Shown piece by piece: positions 51,843-64,000 of a stretch of 64,000 bases of DNA (positions are counted from its first letter, which is position 1; each line of letters begins with the position of its first letter). Source of the DNA: Amoebidium appalachense (taxonomy: Eukaryota; Protista; Ichthyosporea); NCBI GenBank assembly GCA_963693365.1, contig CAVNZM010000008.1:4612310-4676309 (forward strand). Direction: 5' to 3'. The notes under the pieces were generated by a model that saw nothing but the letters and a program-made list of their open reading frames with translations, ran no database searches and was not told the origin of the DNA. Both the position numbers and the translations under genes were made by a program.

Positions 51843-52466
51843 CCCGTTGGCAGAAGGGGGGGGGGGGGGGGGGGGGGTGTTGCCACAGTACTTGGTCACA
51901 TACACAATTGTTGTTGTTTTTTGCTGACCGACAAACACTTTCTGAAAAATTGGTGCCACACACAGTGCATATTTACTCATCCTGCACCATGCAAAACAAC
52001 ATGCGGTGCGGTAGCGAATGCCCAAACCTATCACCATCCACGGGACTATATTCATTTACAGCCTTCTACCACATGGCATTGCACTCATGCCCTCATACAT
52101 CTTAATGGCTCAGTCATCTACACATTGTATATCCCGAACTGAATATATCTATCCACATGATTTTCTTTCCTCATGCATGGCATCACAAAATATGAAAAAC
52201 AACCACGTAGCAGGCCACTACATTGCAAAGAGCTAGTAACCACAATCTTTGAGTAGACTGAATATCCACATAAACCCTTGGACATTTAATCTAAACCAGC
52301 ACCACAACACGTCGATCCAGTACACCCCAAAATTACAGTACCCTATATCCACATACCTTATGTATATTTATCGGCGACAATACACAAGTAAACCACCGTG
52401 TTCGGTATCCACCATACCCCAACATCCATCTCCTTATATCCACACCACCTCGATGGATATACTAAA

Positions 52467-53210
52467 TTACATGCGGAAAACACCATATTTGGTCTCCTGG
52501 ATGGGGGCATTGAGGGCAGCACTCAGGCCCAGGCCGAGGACCATGCGAGAGTCAGCAGGGTCGATGATGCCGTCATCCCACAGCCTGCAAAACCGATCAG
52601 ATTAGATTAGCGATCGGAAAGTTTAGGATCACAATGTGTTTGGAATAGCAGGGTTTTACTTATTCTTCTCGTTGCACGCCTTGTCTTGATTTTCTAAATT
52701 TCTTCTTTTTTTTTTTTTTTTTTTTTTTTTTTTGGGGGGGGGGAATGAAAGGGAGGGTGGGAGATAATGAAGGGAAAGGGATATAAAACGATCGACGAGT
52801 GTGGAATTGGTTGGGGTGATGAGTATGCGAACCGGTGACAAAGACCCCGTTGTTGTTGTTGTACATGTGTGTGTGTGCATGTGTGTGTGTGTGTGTGTGC
52901 GCAGGTGTATGTAATTACGTGATTGTGCACGCGAGTGAGGGTATACGTGTATGTGTGGCTGCCCCCACCTAGCGGAGGAGAAGTACGGGTGGCCTTCCTT
53001 CTCGTACAGTTCGATGGTTGGCTTCTTGAATGCCTCCTCCTCCTCCGCAGACCACTGTGGCAACGAAATTTCACGTCAGATCGCAGATTCGATCTCTATG
53101 ATCGGACTAAAACCACCCGAATATTTGTGTGTGAACGTGTGTGTGTGTCTGTGCGTGTATGTGATAGTGAGCGGAGAGGGAACGTGTGTAGGTTTAAGTA
53201 TGATCATTCG

Positions 53211-53246
<36 letters not shown>

Positions 53247-53379
53247 GGGGCGGGGGGCAGGGCGGAGAAGGCGTCAATATGTTAACATATATGGTAAGGG
53301 AGAGTTATTTGCCCATCGGGTACAATTCGAGAGACAATCCTGTACGAAAACGGCCCACAAACAGATATGGAGTGCATAT

Positions 53380-53417
<38 letters not shown>

Positions 53418-53497
53418 ATACACGCGGGAAAGCAAGGAAGTGTGTGCGACTAACAGAAACACCCATGCTCACAACCATGCTCACACACAGACAACAC

Positions 53498-53537
<40 letters not shown>

Positions 53538-54435
53538 GTACCTTCTTGCCCTCCCTCTCCATCTTGTCTCTCTTGACCGTGGCAAGCACACCGGCTGCCT
53601 GCTCACCGCCCATCACGGAGATTCGTGCGTTGGGCCACATCCACAGGAACCGTGGGCTGTACGTGTATGTATACATGTGCATACGTGTGTTTGTGTGTGT
53701 GTGCGTGTTTTTGTGTGTGTGTGTGTATACGTGTTTGGTTAGTTTTACGTATGTATCCGTGTGGGAGCATGTATGGGTAATGCGTATGTGATTTCGCTGA
53801 GCATGCTAAGGTCTAGGTGTGCATGCAGTTCTTTCATTCGTGCGTGCGTGCTTGCACATGTGTGTAAGAGGATTAAGGATGTTACACACTGATCTCACGA
53901 CATCTGGGTTGTACGACAAACCATGTACGACTCAGAACCAGGAAACCAGAAGGAATGACAAAACCCACATCCCCTGCAATCCATGCTCCTATGTCCACTT
54001 CCCTGTTCCCACCCAACCCACCCGCCCTACCCCCCCGCCCTTCGCAAAAAAAAGAAGAAAAAAATACGGATATCATGGACACATGCAACACTCAAATCCA
54101 CACACGTGTACACACAAACACACACACACACACACACACACACGCGCGCGTACCTGTAAGCACGGCCGCACATGCCGTAGTTTCCTGCGCCGAAGCTGCC
54201 GCCGACCAGCATTGTCAGTTTGGGCACTCTGGCACACGACACAGCAGTCACCATCTTGGCTCCGTTCTGTGGGGTAGGAGGGTGAGAAGGGGTGGGTGAT
54301 GCATATATCTCTCACTTTCTCATTCTCTCTGCCCAGCCCCCCCCCCCCCCTCCCCCTACACACACACACCTTTTTCTGCTTTAATTTTTTTTCTCCTTTT
54401 CTTTATTTTTTTGGGTGGGGGAGGGGGGGGAGAGG

Positions 54436-54492
<57 letters not shown>

Positions 54493-54601
54493 GGGGGGGG
54501 GTCGGGGAGGGGGTTGAAGGGGGGGGGGGGGGGGGGGGGGAGAGGGCAAAATACCTTGGCAATACCACCAGCCTCAGCAGCACCTCCAACCATAAAGCCT
54601 G

Positions 54602-54633
<32 letters not shown>

Positions 54634-54637
54634 CGTG

Positions 54638-54680
<43 letters not shown>

Positions 54681-55523
54681 GTATGTATGTCCCCGCATGT
54701 GTATGTGTGTATGCATAGGTCTTTAGGTATTTAGGTGTCGCCGTGCATGCATGTGTGTGTTTCGACATGCATGGGTGCTTGACGGAGCAGGCGGAAAAGG
54801 GAAGCGGTCAGCAGGGCGCCCAATAGAATATCGTAATACAAAGAGGTGTAGCATCCAGGAGGACGCAAAGAACAAAGAAGAGATATGCAACGTAGGGAGA
54901 GGGCCCATTTTCAATACGTCTAAAAGGCTGGTCGGGGAAAGGACGTTGAGGTGACTCAGTGAAGACACGTGTGCGTGCACGCGTGGTGTGTGAGTTTTTT
55001 ATGGGGATGTCTTTAGGAGGCAAAAACCTAGACATAAAAGACTAAAATATCTGATGGAACAAGAGGAGTATTACCAACTTAATGTGCACCGTACACAAAT
55101 GAGCTCCGACGAAGACATAACATGTGAGTCAAGGTGACTAATTAGTTTTCTTCTCTTACAGTTGGTGGGTTTGCAGAGGGAAAGGAAGGGGGAAAGAATG
55201 AGGGGGGTGGGGGGGGGGGGAGGAGGGCAGATGTGTTGTCGAGTACGAAGGTCCACACGACGGACACGACAACACAAATGTTGACAAGCACACACACTGA
55301 GTATGCATCAAAAGGGGAGGGGGAGGGGGGGGGACGGGGGCTGTTATTACCAGTGATGTTCTGGAGGAAGATGAGGGGGATACCACGCTGAGAGCACAGC
55401 TCAATGAAGTGGGCACCCTGTGTGTGTGTGTGCATGTGTGTGTGTGTTTGTGCGCGCGCGCCCGCGCGTGTGTGTGTGTGTGTGTGATGTGTTATGTGCG
55501 TATGGTGAGTGTGAATAGAGTCT

Positions 55524-55578
<55 letters not shown>

Positions 55579-55794
55579 GTGTGTGTGTGTGCATCATGTA
55601 CCTGTTCAGTATAGAATGTACAAGTCACGCATATCTTCACCAATGCGCCAACCAGGGAAAGGAAAGTCTCTTTGGTTTAACAGCCTTAACAGTCTTTCCG
55701 AATGGAACACCTATTGCCAATACTTTCACATATTCATCGCCAAAAATGAGCAGAGAGAGAAACGAGGGAGGAAGGCTGTTGCGCGCGAGCATGT

Positions 55795-55842
<48 letters not shown>

Positions 55843-55926
55843 GTCCCAACCTTGAGGGCAGACTCGCTGAAAAGGACACCGTTGTTGGCCACGATACCAA
55901 CAGGGTAGCCGTACAGGCGGGCAAAG

Positions 55927-56003
<77 letters not shown>

Positions 56004-56455
56004 GGGGGGGGGGGTAGAGAGGGAAAGAGAATTAGAGCGTGCAGAAGGATGCAAAAGCAAGCGAAAGCCTGGGGAAAAAGCTACACATTCGTGCAAAACT
56101 GAAGGCAAAAAAAAAAAAAGCATGTATTTGAGTACCAAAGAGCCTCCATGACATCCACAACATTTAAACGGGACGGTGAAACTGGGGGTGGGGGTTGGCA
56201 AGGGAAGGGGGGGGGAGGAGAGAAGGGATGAGAAGGAGTGCTTGAGTTTGTGGGCACGGCAGAAGGAAGGGGAGAGGGGGGAGGGGGGGGGGGGGGAAGG
56301 GGGGAGGGGGGAAGGGGGTTGACTGTACCGGTAATGAGGGATGTGCCGTAGAGTTCCTTGAATTCGTCAAAGCGGCTGCCATCGACTAATCTGGCAATCA
56401 CCTGTGACATGCCACACACATCAGATATTCGTTTCCCCCCCTCCCCCTCGTCCTT

Positions 56456-56486
<31 letters not shown>

Positions 56487-57675
56487 CTCTTTCATGGACA
56501 CATGCCGGACTCACACACACACAGGCGATTGTGATCATAACCGACTGGTCTAAAGTTCTTCTCCTAGACCCAATATCTGTCTATGTTAAAGGGAATAAGG
56601 CAACCCTGGAAGGAAGGCGAGGGAGTGAGAGATACAGAGCTTTCTATTTGCTCTTCCGAATGCTATATCTTCCCCCATACTAAAAGCGTATCCACCAGCC
56701 CTCCACTGTCCCTACATGTTCCGCACCACCCGTTCTTTCACGGAAAGCCCCCCCCCCCCCCCCCCCTCCCCCCCCCCCTTCTCCCCCCGTGCCTCCCTTC
56801 TAGATCAGTTCCCCACCGTCCATTCTTTCATTATTAGATCCCTCTCCATCCATTTCTCTCAAAGGCAAGCACATTCTCCCCCCCCCCCCCCCCCCCCTCC
56901 GGATCTGTTCTTTTTCTTTTTCACTGATAGGTACCCACCTGTCTGATATCGAAAGTCTTTCTAAGGTTCTCTCCCACGATGCCGTAAAGCTCATCTGCTG
57001 GATAGAGGGGTTCCTCAACTGGGGCCATGGAAAGCTGCACGTGAAAGAGAGGGTGGAGGGGGGAGGGGGGGGGGGGGGGGGGGGGTTAGAACGTGTTATA
57101 GAATACGTTCTAGTTACAGAATACGGCATGGGGGAATGGGGGTTTTATGATTGACGGGAGAAGGAGGAGGGGCCGGGGAGGGGGGGGGGGGGGGGGGGGG
57201 ACCCATAAAAAGAAAACACGAGAGTACAATGCACGCAACAAACAAGGGGCTTCCACACCTCCATTTATAAAAACACGAATACCACACACTGCACAGTACC
57301 AAACCCCTCACATACACACATTGCTCAAGGGTCACACCCACCTACATCCACACCCAAGGGGGCACACACACACATACATACACTCACACATACACCTTCC
57401 ACCCCTCCCCCATCAGCCCGCTGCCCCACTCACACACACATGGCCATACATCAACCCCTTTCGCTCCCTCTTTTGCCCACGTACGCGTGCACACACCTAC
57501 ATACACAAACAAATCAAAGCCAGCATGCACGTACACACACACACACACACACACACACCTGGGGCTGCTTGACCCTGTTGAGGTTTCTGACGATGCGACG
57601 GGCAATAGAGAGCGCATGCTCATCGCTCTCTGCAAGATGGTCCGTCACACCGCTCTTGCTGTGTGTGGTACACGT

Positions 57676-57770
<95 letters not shown>

Positions 57771-58015
57771 GGTATGTGTATGCGTATGTATGTGCGAGCG
57801 TGCATAGGGTCACGTTCATAAGTATATTTTGCTCTACTCCCTTCTCCTTCTCCATTATTTTCCGCTCCCATAACGGAAGGGGCGGGGGGAGGGGGAGGGG
57901 GGGGGGGGGGTTGAATTTGTCATTAAGTACGAAGTACACATGAACAACGGATAGCACGATGCAGAATGCAAACCATACATGAAGAGTATGCAGAATAAGC
58001 AGAGCCCATCCTCAA

Positions 58016-58046
<31 letters not shown>

Positions 58047-58196
58047 GGGAGGCAGGAGAGAGAAACAAGGGAGTGTAGGTGTCAGTGTCCGTCCCAAAAA
58101 AAATACAAAGTTCCGAATCAAAAACCCAGCCTCAGTGGGGAACAAGTTACGGGGGAAGGGGAAGAATTGGAGGAGGAATGGGGGGAACCGGTTGAA

Positions 58197-58230
<34 letters not shown>

Positions 58231-58928
58231 AAGGGTTTGAAGAGTCACAATCTTGGCAGCAGAGACCAAAAAAAAAAAAAAAAAAAAAAAAAAAGGAAAA
58301 AAAAAAAGAAAAAAGAAAAGAAAGAAAACGCCCCCCCCCCCCCCCCCCCCCCCCCCCCAAACACACACACACACACACACATGCACACGAACCAAATCAA
58401 ATATATGTCCAAACATAAAACAATGATGCGGACGCTATAAAATGGGGGGAGGGGCAGGATTGGGGGTGGGGGCTCTTACCGGGAGTGCAGGTCACCGCCA
58501 CCCAAGTCCTCAGCACTGATGACCTCACCGGTGGCAGCACGCACCTGGTGGGGGGGAGAGGGTGTGGATGCGGGGAGGGGGGGGGGGGGAGGGGGGGGAG
58601 TCACAGTATGAGATAGGGAGGGGGAAGTGGAGAGGGGGGGGGGGGGGAGAGAGAGAGAGAGGGGGGGGGGAGGGGGGAGGGAAGTGAGTGGGAGAGAGAG
58701 AGAGAGAGAGGAGAGAGAGTGTTAGAAAGTGTCAGCTAGGGAATGGTGGGGGGTTTGGTAGGGGTAGGGGAAGGGCACGGGTACAACGGCATAATTTGGA
58801 GCACGAGACAAGACGTCCACTGTGATTGAGTACAGGGAAGTGAGCCAAATCCAAAGAGTGAAGAATGGCTGGGTGATGCAGTGTCGGAACGGGGTAGGCC
58901 TGGAGTACTGGCGTGTGTGTGTGTGTGT

Positions 58929-58964
<36 letters not shown>

Positions 58965-59703
58965 GGGGGGAGGGGACTGACAAACAGACACACACACACA
59001 CACACAGAGAGAGAGGGAGAGAAAGAGAGAGAGAGAAAGAGACTCCATGAGAGAATGCCCTAGGTGTATAAACTATGCATCTGCGACGGATACCACGCTG
59101 CAGATTTAGCCTAAAAGAGCACCGACAAAAAGTATGCATCGAAAATAAAGCCCATCTACAGGGGATGCCCAAGTCATCTACATTACCCAGGTTTCAACCG
59201 AGCGGGGGGCGGGTGAGTGGGCGGGGAGGGGGGAGGGGGGTTTGAGTCAATACCAGGGGGGGACCGGCGAGGAAAATTGTGCCCTGGTTGCGGACAATGA
59301 TGGACTCATCGGACATGGCCGGCATATAGGCACCACCAGCAGTACACGAGCCCATCACTACGGCAATCTGTGGGTGTGCGTGTACGTGTGTGTAAGTGGC
59401 GTGTGGGTACGTGTGTGTGAGTGGATGTGGGTGTGTGCGTGAGTGTGTGGATTATTGAGTGTGAGTGTGTGACGAGCATGTGTAGGTGACAATGTGGCTC
59501 GGACGTGTGTTTGTGCATGTACGTGCTCGTGTCGAAGCAGCCATTCGGCATGGGAAGGGGGGAGGCTGCAGGGGGAGGCCGGGGGGGGGGGGGGGGGGGG
59601 GGCAGTCCTTTTAAAGACATGCAAGAAGCTGTGCGCACGTGCGCGTGTGTGTTTGCACGCGTTGGTGTGGTGAACGGAAGGGCAGGCATTTTTTTATTAT
59701 TTT

Positions 59704-59748
<45 letters not shown>

Positions 59749-59865
59749 GAAACCTGTGGGATGCCGGCAGCAGACATGGTAGCCTGGTTGTAGAAAATAC
59801 GACCAAAGTGGTCCCTGTCGGGGAACACATCGGCCTGGTTGGGCAGGTTGGCACCGCCAGAGTCC

Positions 59866-59906
<41 letters not shown>

Positions 59907-60211
59907 AGGTGCATGTATCCGAGAGCATTGTGTTTAGGGTATGTAAGAGACAGGGGGGGGGGGGGGGGGGGGGAGGGAAGGAAGAAATTAGAGCAAGTCA
60001 TGGTCATATCCGGAATACTATTCTAAAATATCACATAAAAAATATAGATAAAAGTTGCATACGTACACATTCAAACGTACACAACCACCAACCCATTCAC
60101 CCACACCGAACACGTTTTCGACATGCACAAATACCCACAAACCTCCACACATGCACACACACGCACACACACACACATGCACACACACACATGCACACAC
60201 ACACACAGCAC

Positions 60212-60281
<70 letters not shown>

Positions 60282-60423
60282 ACCGAGGTAGATGCAGGGC
60301 AGGTTGTTCTGCATGGCCACCTCCTGGGCCCTCAGGTGCTTCTTGACGGTGACTGGGTAGTAGGTGCCTCCCTTGACCGTGGGGTCGTTGGCTACAATCA
60401 CACACTCGGTCCTGTGAGCAGAT

Positions 60424-60475
<52 letters not shown>

Positions 60476-60606
60476 GAGGGGGTGGAAAAGGAGAGAGAGA
60501 GAGTCAGGGAGTGAAGGATCGAGAGAGAGATGACAGGAGAAAGGTACGTGGGTGGGGGAGGGGGGGGGAGGGGAGTGAGGGGAGGCTAAGAAGAGTGGGT
60601 GGGTGT

Positions 60607-60672
<66 letters not shown>

Positions 60673-61643
60673 GGAGAGGGTGGCAGGTAGAAATTAGAGA
60701 CCGGCGCAACATCGAAGCCAAGACAGAAGAAAAAACGGCAAAAAGGAAAGCCGAACAGAATGAGAAAGAGTCCTATAGTCAGAACACACATGGGCAAAGC
60801 CCATCATGGGAGGGCTACTACACCTCCATGTGACAAATGCTTTGCCTCTTTATGCATTGGCTCCTGCTTCAACAACAGTGGCAGTGGGGTCGGGGGCTGG
60901 GGCCTGTGTGAGAGGGGGGAGGGGGTGGGGGGGTTACCCGGAGACCCTGCCGATACCGGAGATGATACCACCACCCGGCACATCGTCGGGGTAGAGCTGG
61001 TAGCCGGCCATCTGGGAGAACTCGAGGAAGGGGGTGCTATGTACGTGTGTACGTGTGTACGTGTGTGTATGTGTTTGTGTGTGTGTGGGCAGGGGGGGGG
61101 AGGGGGAGAGGGGGGGAGGGGGGAAGAAGGAGGAGGGGGGGGGGGGGACAGGGGGTGGAAGAAGGGGTGGAGAAGAAAGAGGAATACGGAATCCGAAAGT
61201 GCGAATCATCGAAGCTTGTGGGTTAGAATGTACATGCGGAGGTGTTGGTGGTGTATGTGTGTGTGTGTGTGTGTGTGTTGGGGGGGGGGGGGGGGGGGGG
61301 GAGGGGGGGGGAGGGGGGGAGGGGAGAAAGGGGAAAGGTTGGGTTGGGAAAGAAAGAGGGGGAAAGGTGTGTAAGGGGATCGTTTTCCCTTCGGAAAAAA
61401 CCAATCAAACCATCCCCTCATCCCCTCCTTCCCGCCCACGCATACTAGGCCCCTATACCCTCTCTCACCCTCCCTTCATCCCCATATCAAAATCAGTCAA
61501 CTACCTGACATCAGGAATGTACTCACAAGAGCTACCCCCTCCCCCCCTACGAGGCAAAAAATGACAAGAAAAATACACATGTACACAGGCAAGTACGAGT
61601 TCACACACACGTGCAAGGAAACATTTCATATCTGCACATTCAT

Positions 61644-61674
<31 letters not shown>

Positions 61675-61843
61675 GTTCACCGCCCACACAAAAACACCTA
61701 ACCATGACACACAACACACAACCCTCCCTCTCCCCCCCAGCCCCCCCCCCCCCCAAACACACAAACACTCCAATATGCCTGAGCTATCTGGACACAGCAC
61801 AGACACTCTCCACTCAACCTCACACACTTGGGCTTAATCAGAG

Positions 61844-61911
<68 letters not shown>

Positions 61912-62780
61912 ACTTGGGATCCAGCAGGGTGTTCACTCTGTCTCTGGGCAGCAGCTTGCCCCTCTTGACGTGCCTTTCAATGGCCTTGGGACCACCACCT
62001 GCACACGTGGCCGACAAATATAAGTATATAAACGTATGAAATAAAAAAAAAAATAAAAACAAGAAAGTGCTGGTGCAATTCTGGGCTTTCACAATTCTGG
62101 GCTTTCACAGCGCAGAATCCTAAGGGGGTGATCACGGGCTCACAATAGAACGAGTACATGCAGACATACACCGGAGGCCCCTGCCTTTCCGTCAAAAAAG
62201 AAAAGGCGGGGGGAGGGGGGGAAGGAGGGAGGGGGGCAGTGTCGGGAGAGGTGATGACTGTGATACCAAGTTGAAAATGAGGGGGGGGGGGGGGGGGGGG
62301 AAGGTGGGGTCGGAATGCGGAACACCGTGTGGGAAGGGGGGATAAAAAGTCTCGGAAACGAGGAAGGGGGAGATAGGGAAATGCAGAAAAGGGTAGAGAA
62401 GGAGAAGAAGGGTTCGGGCAGGCATACACGGGCAGGGGAGGGGGGGATTACCCTGCTTCACGGTTTCGACCTTGTTCCTCAGATCCTCAACCAATGCCTG
62501 CATGCGCGAGTAGTTGTGCTGCACCCACCCATATATGGTTAGAATCGGTGCCACCCCAATGGCTTGTTTACCCAGTATGGTTATTGGCTCATTTAGTAAA
62601 CCCATTTATGATTAGAATAAGTGCAAACTCATTGGCTATGGGAGGCATTGTGGCTAAAAAACGGCAATACGAAAAGCCATGCATACATCGATGCATTGGT
62701 GGGCTCTTCGACCGAGGAAATGGTGCCGATATAGAAGAGGTAGGGTTCAATTGTAGTGTTTGGGCATGTGTTCATGTTTT

Positions 62781-62836
<56 letters not shown>

Positions 62837-63285
62837 TGTCTCTGTGCGCGCGCGCGTGTGTGGTGGTGGTGGGGTGTATGTGTGGGGTGGCTGAGTGTCA
62901 TACACAGTACAAGGTCCCCCCCTCCCCCCCCCCCCAACCACATGACAACTCGTAATGCCCATTGGCAATCACACACACCAAAAAATGTGCATCATCAATA
63001 CAGCCCGTCATCTGGTGAAGTAGGTGAACGTGAAGGGTGGGTGGGTGGGTGGGTTGGGGGGGGGGGGGGGGGGGGGAGGGGGTGGCAGTCATTCACCAGC
63101 GGGAGGCAGAAGGCAAAGGAGGAGGGGGGGGGGGGGGGGGGGGGGGGGGAGGGGGGGGATGAAGAAAAGGGAGGAAGCTGGGGTGTGCACTTTTCATCAA
63201 AATACGGAGGTTGAGTCTAAATTTTAATGTGCCGTAGAGTACGAAGTACACAAGCACAACGGACAACACCTAGAAGGGGGGGGGT

Positions 63286-63317
<32 letters not shown>

Positions 63318-63401
63318 GGAATTGAGGTAGCCAATTATACCTTGTAGTCGTCGCTGCTATGGTCTACGCTGCTGGCAATGATACTGGCACGATCCTCAAC
63401 A
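52467..63401 (-). CDS. MCCC2: Methylcrotonoyl-CoA carboxylase beta subunit (mitochondrial); first exon(s) beyond window end
   Basis: 18 GT-AG exons: 63341-63401, 62452-62518, 61914-61998 ([15 protein letters not shown]), 60938-61036, 60284-60411 ([26 protein letters not shown]), 59754-59866 ([24 protein letters not shown]), 59254-59367 ([15 protein letters not shown]), 58480-58544, 57559-57658, 56939-57034, 56329-56401, 55851-55927, 55351-55417, 54555-54598, 54154-54266 ([15 protein letters not shown]), 53542-53656 ([18 protein letters not shown]), 52969-53054, 52467-52584 ([19 protein letters not shown]). Confidence 0.98.
57900..58020 (-). mobile_element. Degenerate copy of the intronic element (MCCC2 intron)
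   Basis: G-run-ttgaa..agtacgaagtacac...agtatgcagaataagcagagcccatcctca is the reverse complement of the element body. Confidence 0.65.
59130..59200 (-). mobile_element. Degenerate partial copy of the intronic element (MCCC2 intron)
   Basis: agtatgcatc..agcccatctacagggg..gcccaagtcatc..gtttcaacc matches the reverse complement of 44900-44968. Confidence 0.6.
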
Positions 63402-63882
63402 CTGCAGAGGGAGGGGGGGGGGGGGGAGGAGGTGGAGGGGGAGGAGGGGGAGGAGGGGAAAAGGGGGGGGGGGGGGGGGAGGGGGGGCAGGTTTGTAAAG
63501 GGTATGGTAGGAAGGATTAAGAGATGGGACGTTTGGGCTTGCGGGGTTGGGAGGGGGGGGAGGGGGGATGTGCAACCAGGGGTATGAGAAGAGGGGGTGT
63601 TAAATGACAAAGAGGTGAGCAGTGGAGATGCAGTGCAAAGGAAGGGACGTGTGGGGAGGGAGAGGGGAAATCTGTGTCTGTGTTTTGTGTATGTTTCGTT
63701 TGGAAGGCGGCGGCGAAGGGGGGGGGGGGAGGGGGAGGGTAAGCAGGAACGCGGAGATTGAGCAGTTTTTTGTTGAAGGATTTAGATACACGACATTTCG
63801 GAGTCCAAACGGAACACAGGGGGAGATACAGCGTTGAACACTGAAAACAAAGCACACAGGGAGTAGGCAACAAACGGGGTGA

Positions 63883-63919
<37 letters not shown>

Positions 63920-64000
63920 GGGGGGGGGGGGGGGGGAGGGTAGTTAGGGGGGGGGGGGGGGGAGGTGGGGAGGGGAAGGTAGGGTAGATGCAGGGCAAGA

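Noticed and set aside
61500-61530. Further junction echo of the MCCC2 exon ending at 61914
   Set aside because: Similarity too weak to separate from chance by eye.
52585-63340. Introner-type origin of the many introns
   Set aside because: Intron ends are not similar to each other and positions appear ancestral; shared elements are internal insertions.

Overview
Eukaryotic, very intron-rich genomic DNA, probably from a unicellular holozoan (ichthyosporean/choanoflagellate grade; inferred from protein divergence plus animal-like exon structure). Almost every entry in the supplied ORF track is a spurious translation of (CA/TG)n, (GA/CT)n and poly-G/poly-C tracts. Manual splicing recovers four genes: CLEC16A/FPL (minus, 19 exons, runs off the left edge), a GGA adaptor (plus, 16 exons, head-to-head with CLEC16A), an uncharacterised ~335-aa armadillo-repeat protein (plus, 8 exons, one GC-AG intron) and MCCC2 (minus, 18 exons, 5' end off the right edge). 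There is also an intronic tRNA-Glu(CTC). Between GGA and the ARM gene lies a ~10 kb block of decayed gene-like fragments around an orphan triple-CCAAT promoter. The most unusual signals are non-coding: (1) a dispersed intronic element that sits in the host's sense orientation in all clear copies and ends in a poly-C tract; (2) a strand-polarised microsatellite splice grammar, with (CA)n replacing the polypyrimidine tract at acceptors and C-runs or (TG)n right after donors; (3) repeated decayed duplicates of exon-intron junctions inside neighbouring introns; (4) a tRNA ghost whose flanks are better conserved than its body. Homopolymer lengths may be affected by sequencing or assembly error.
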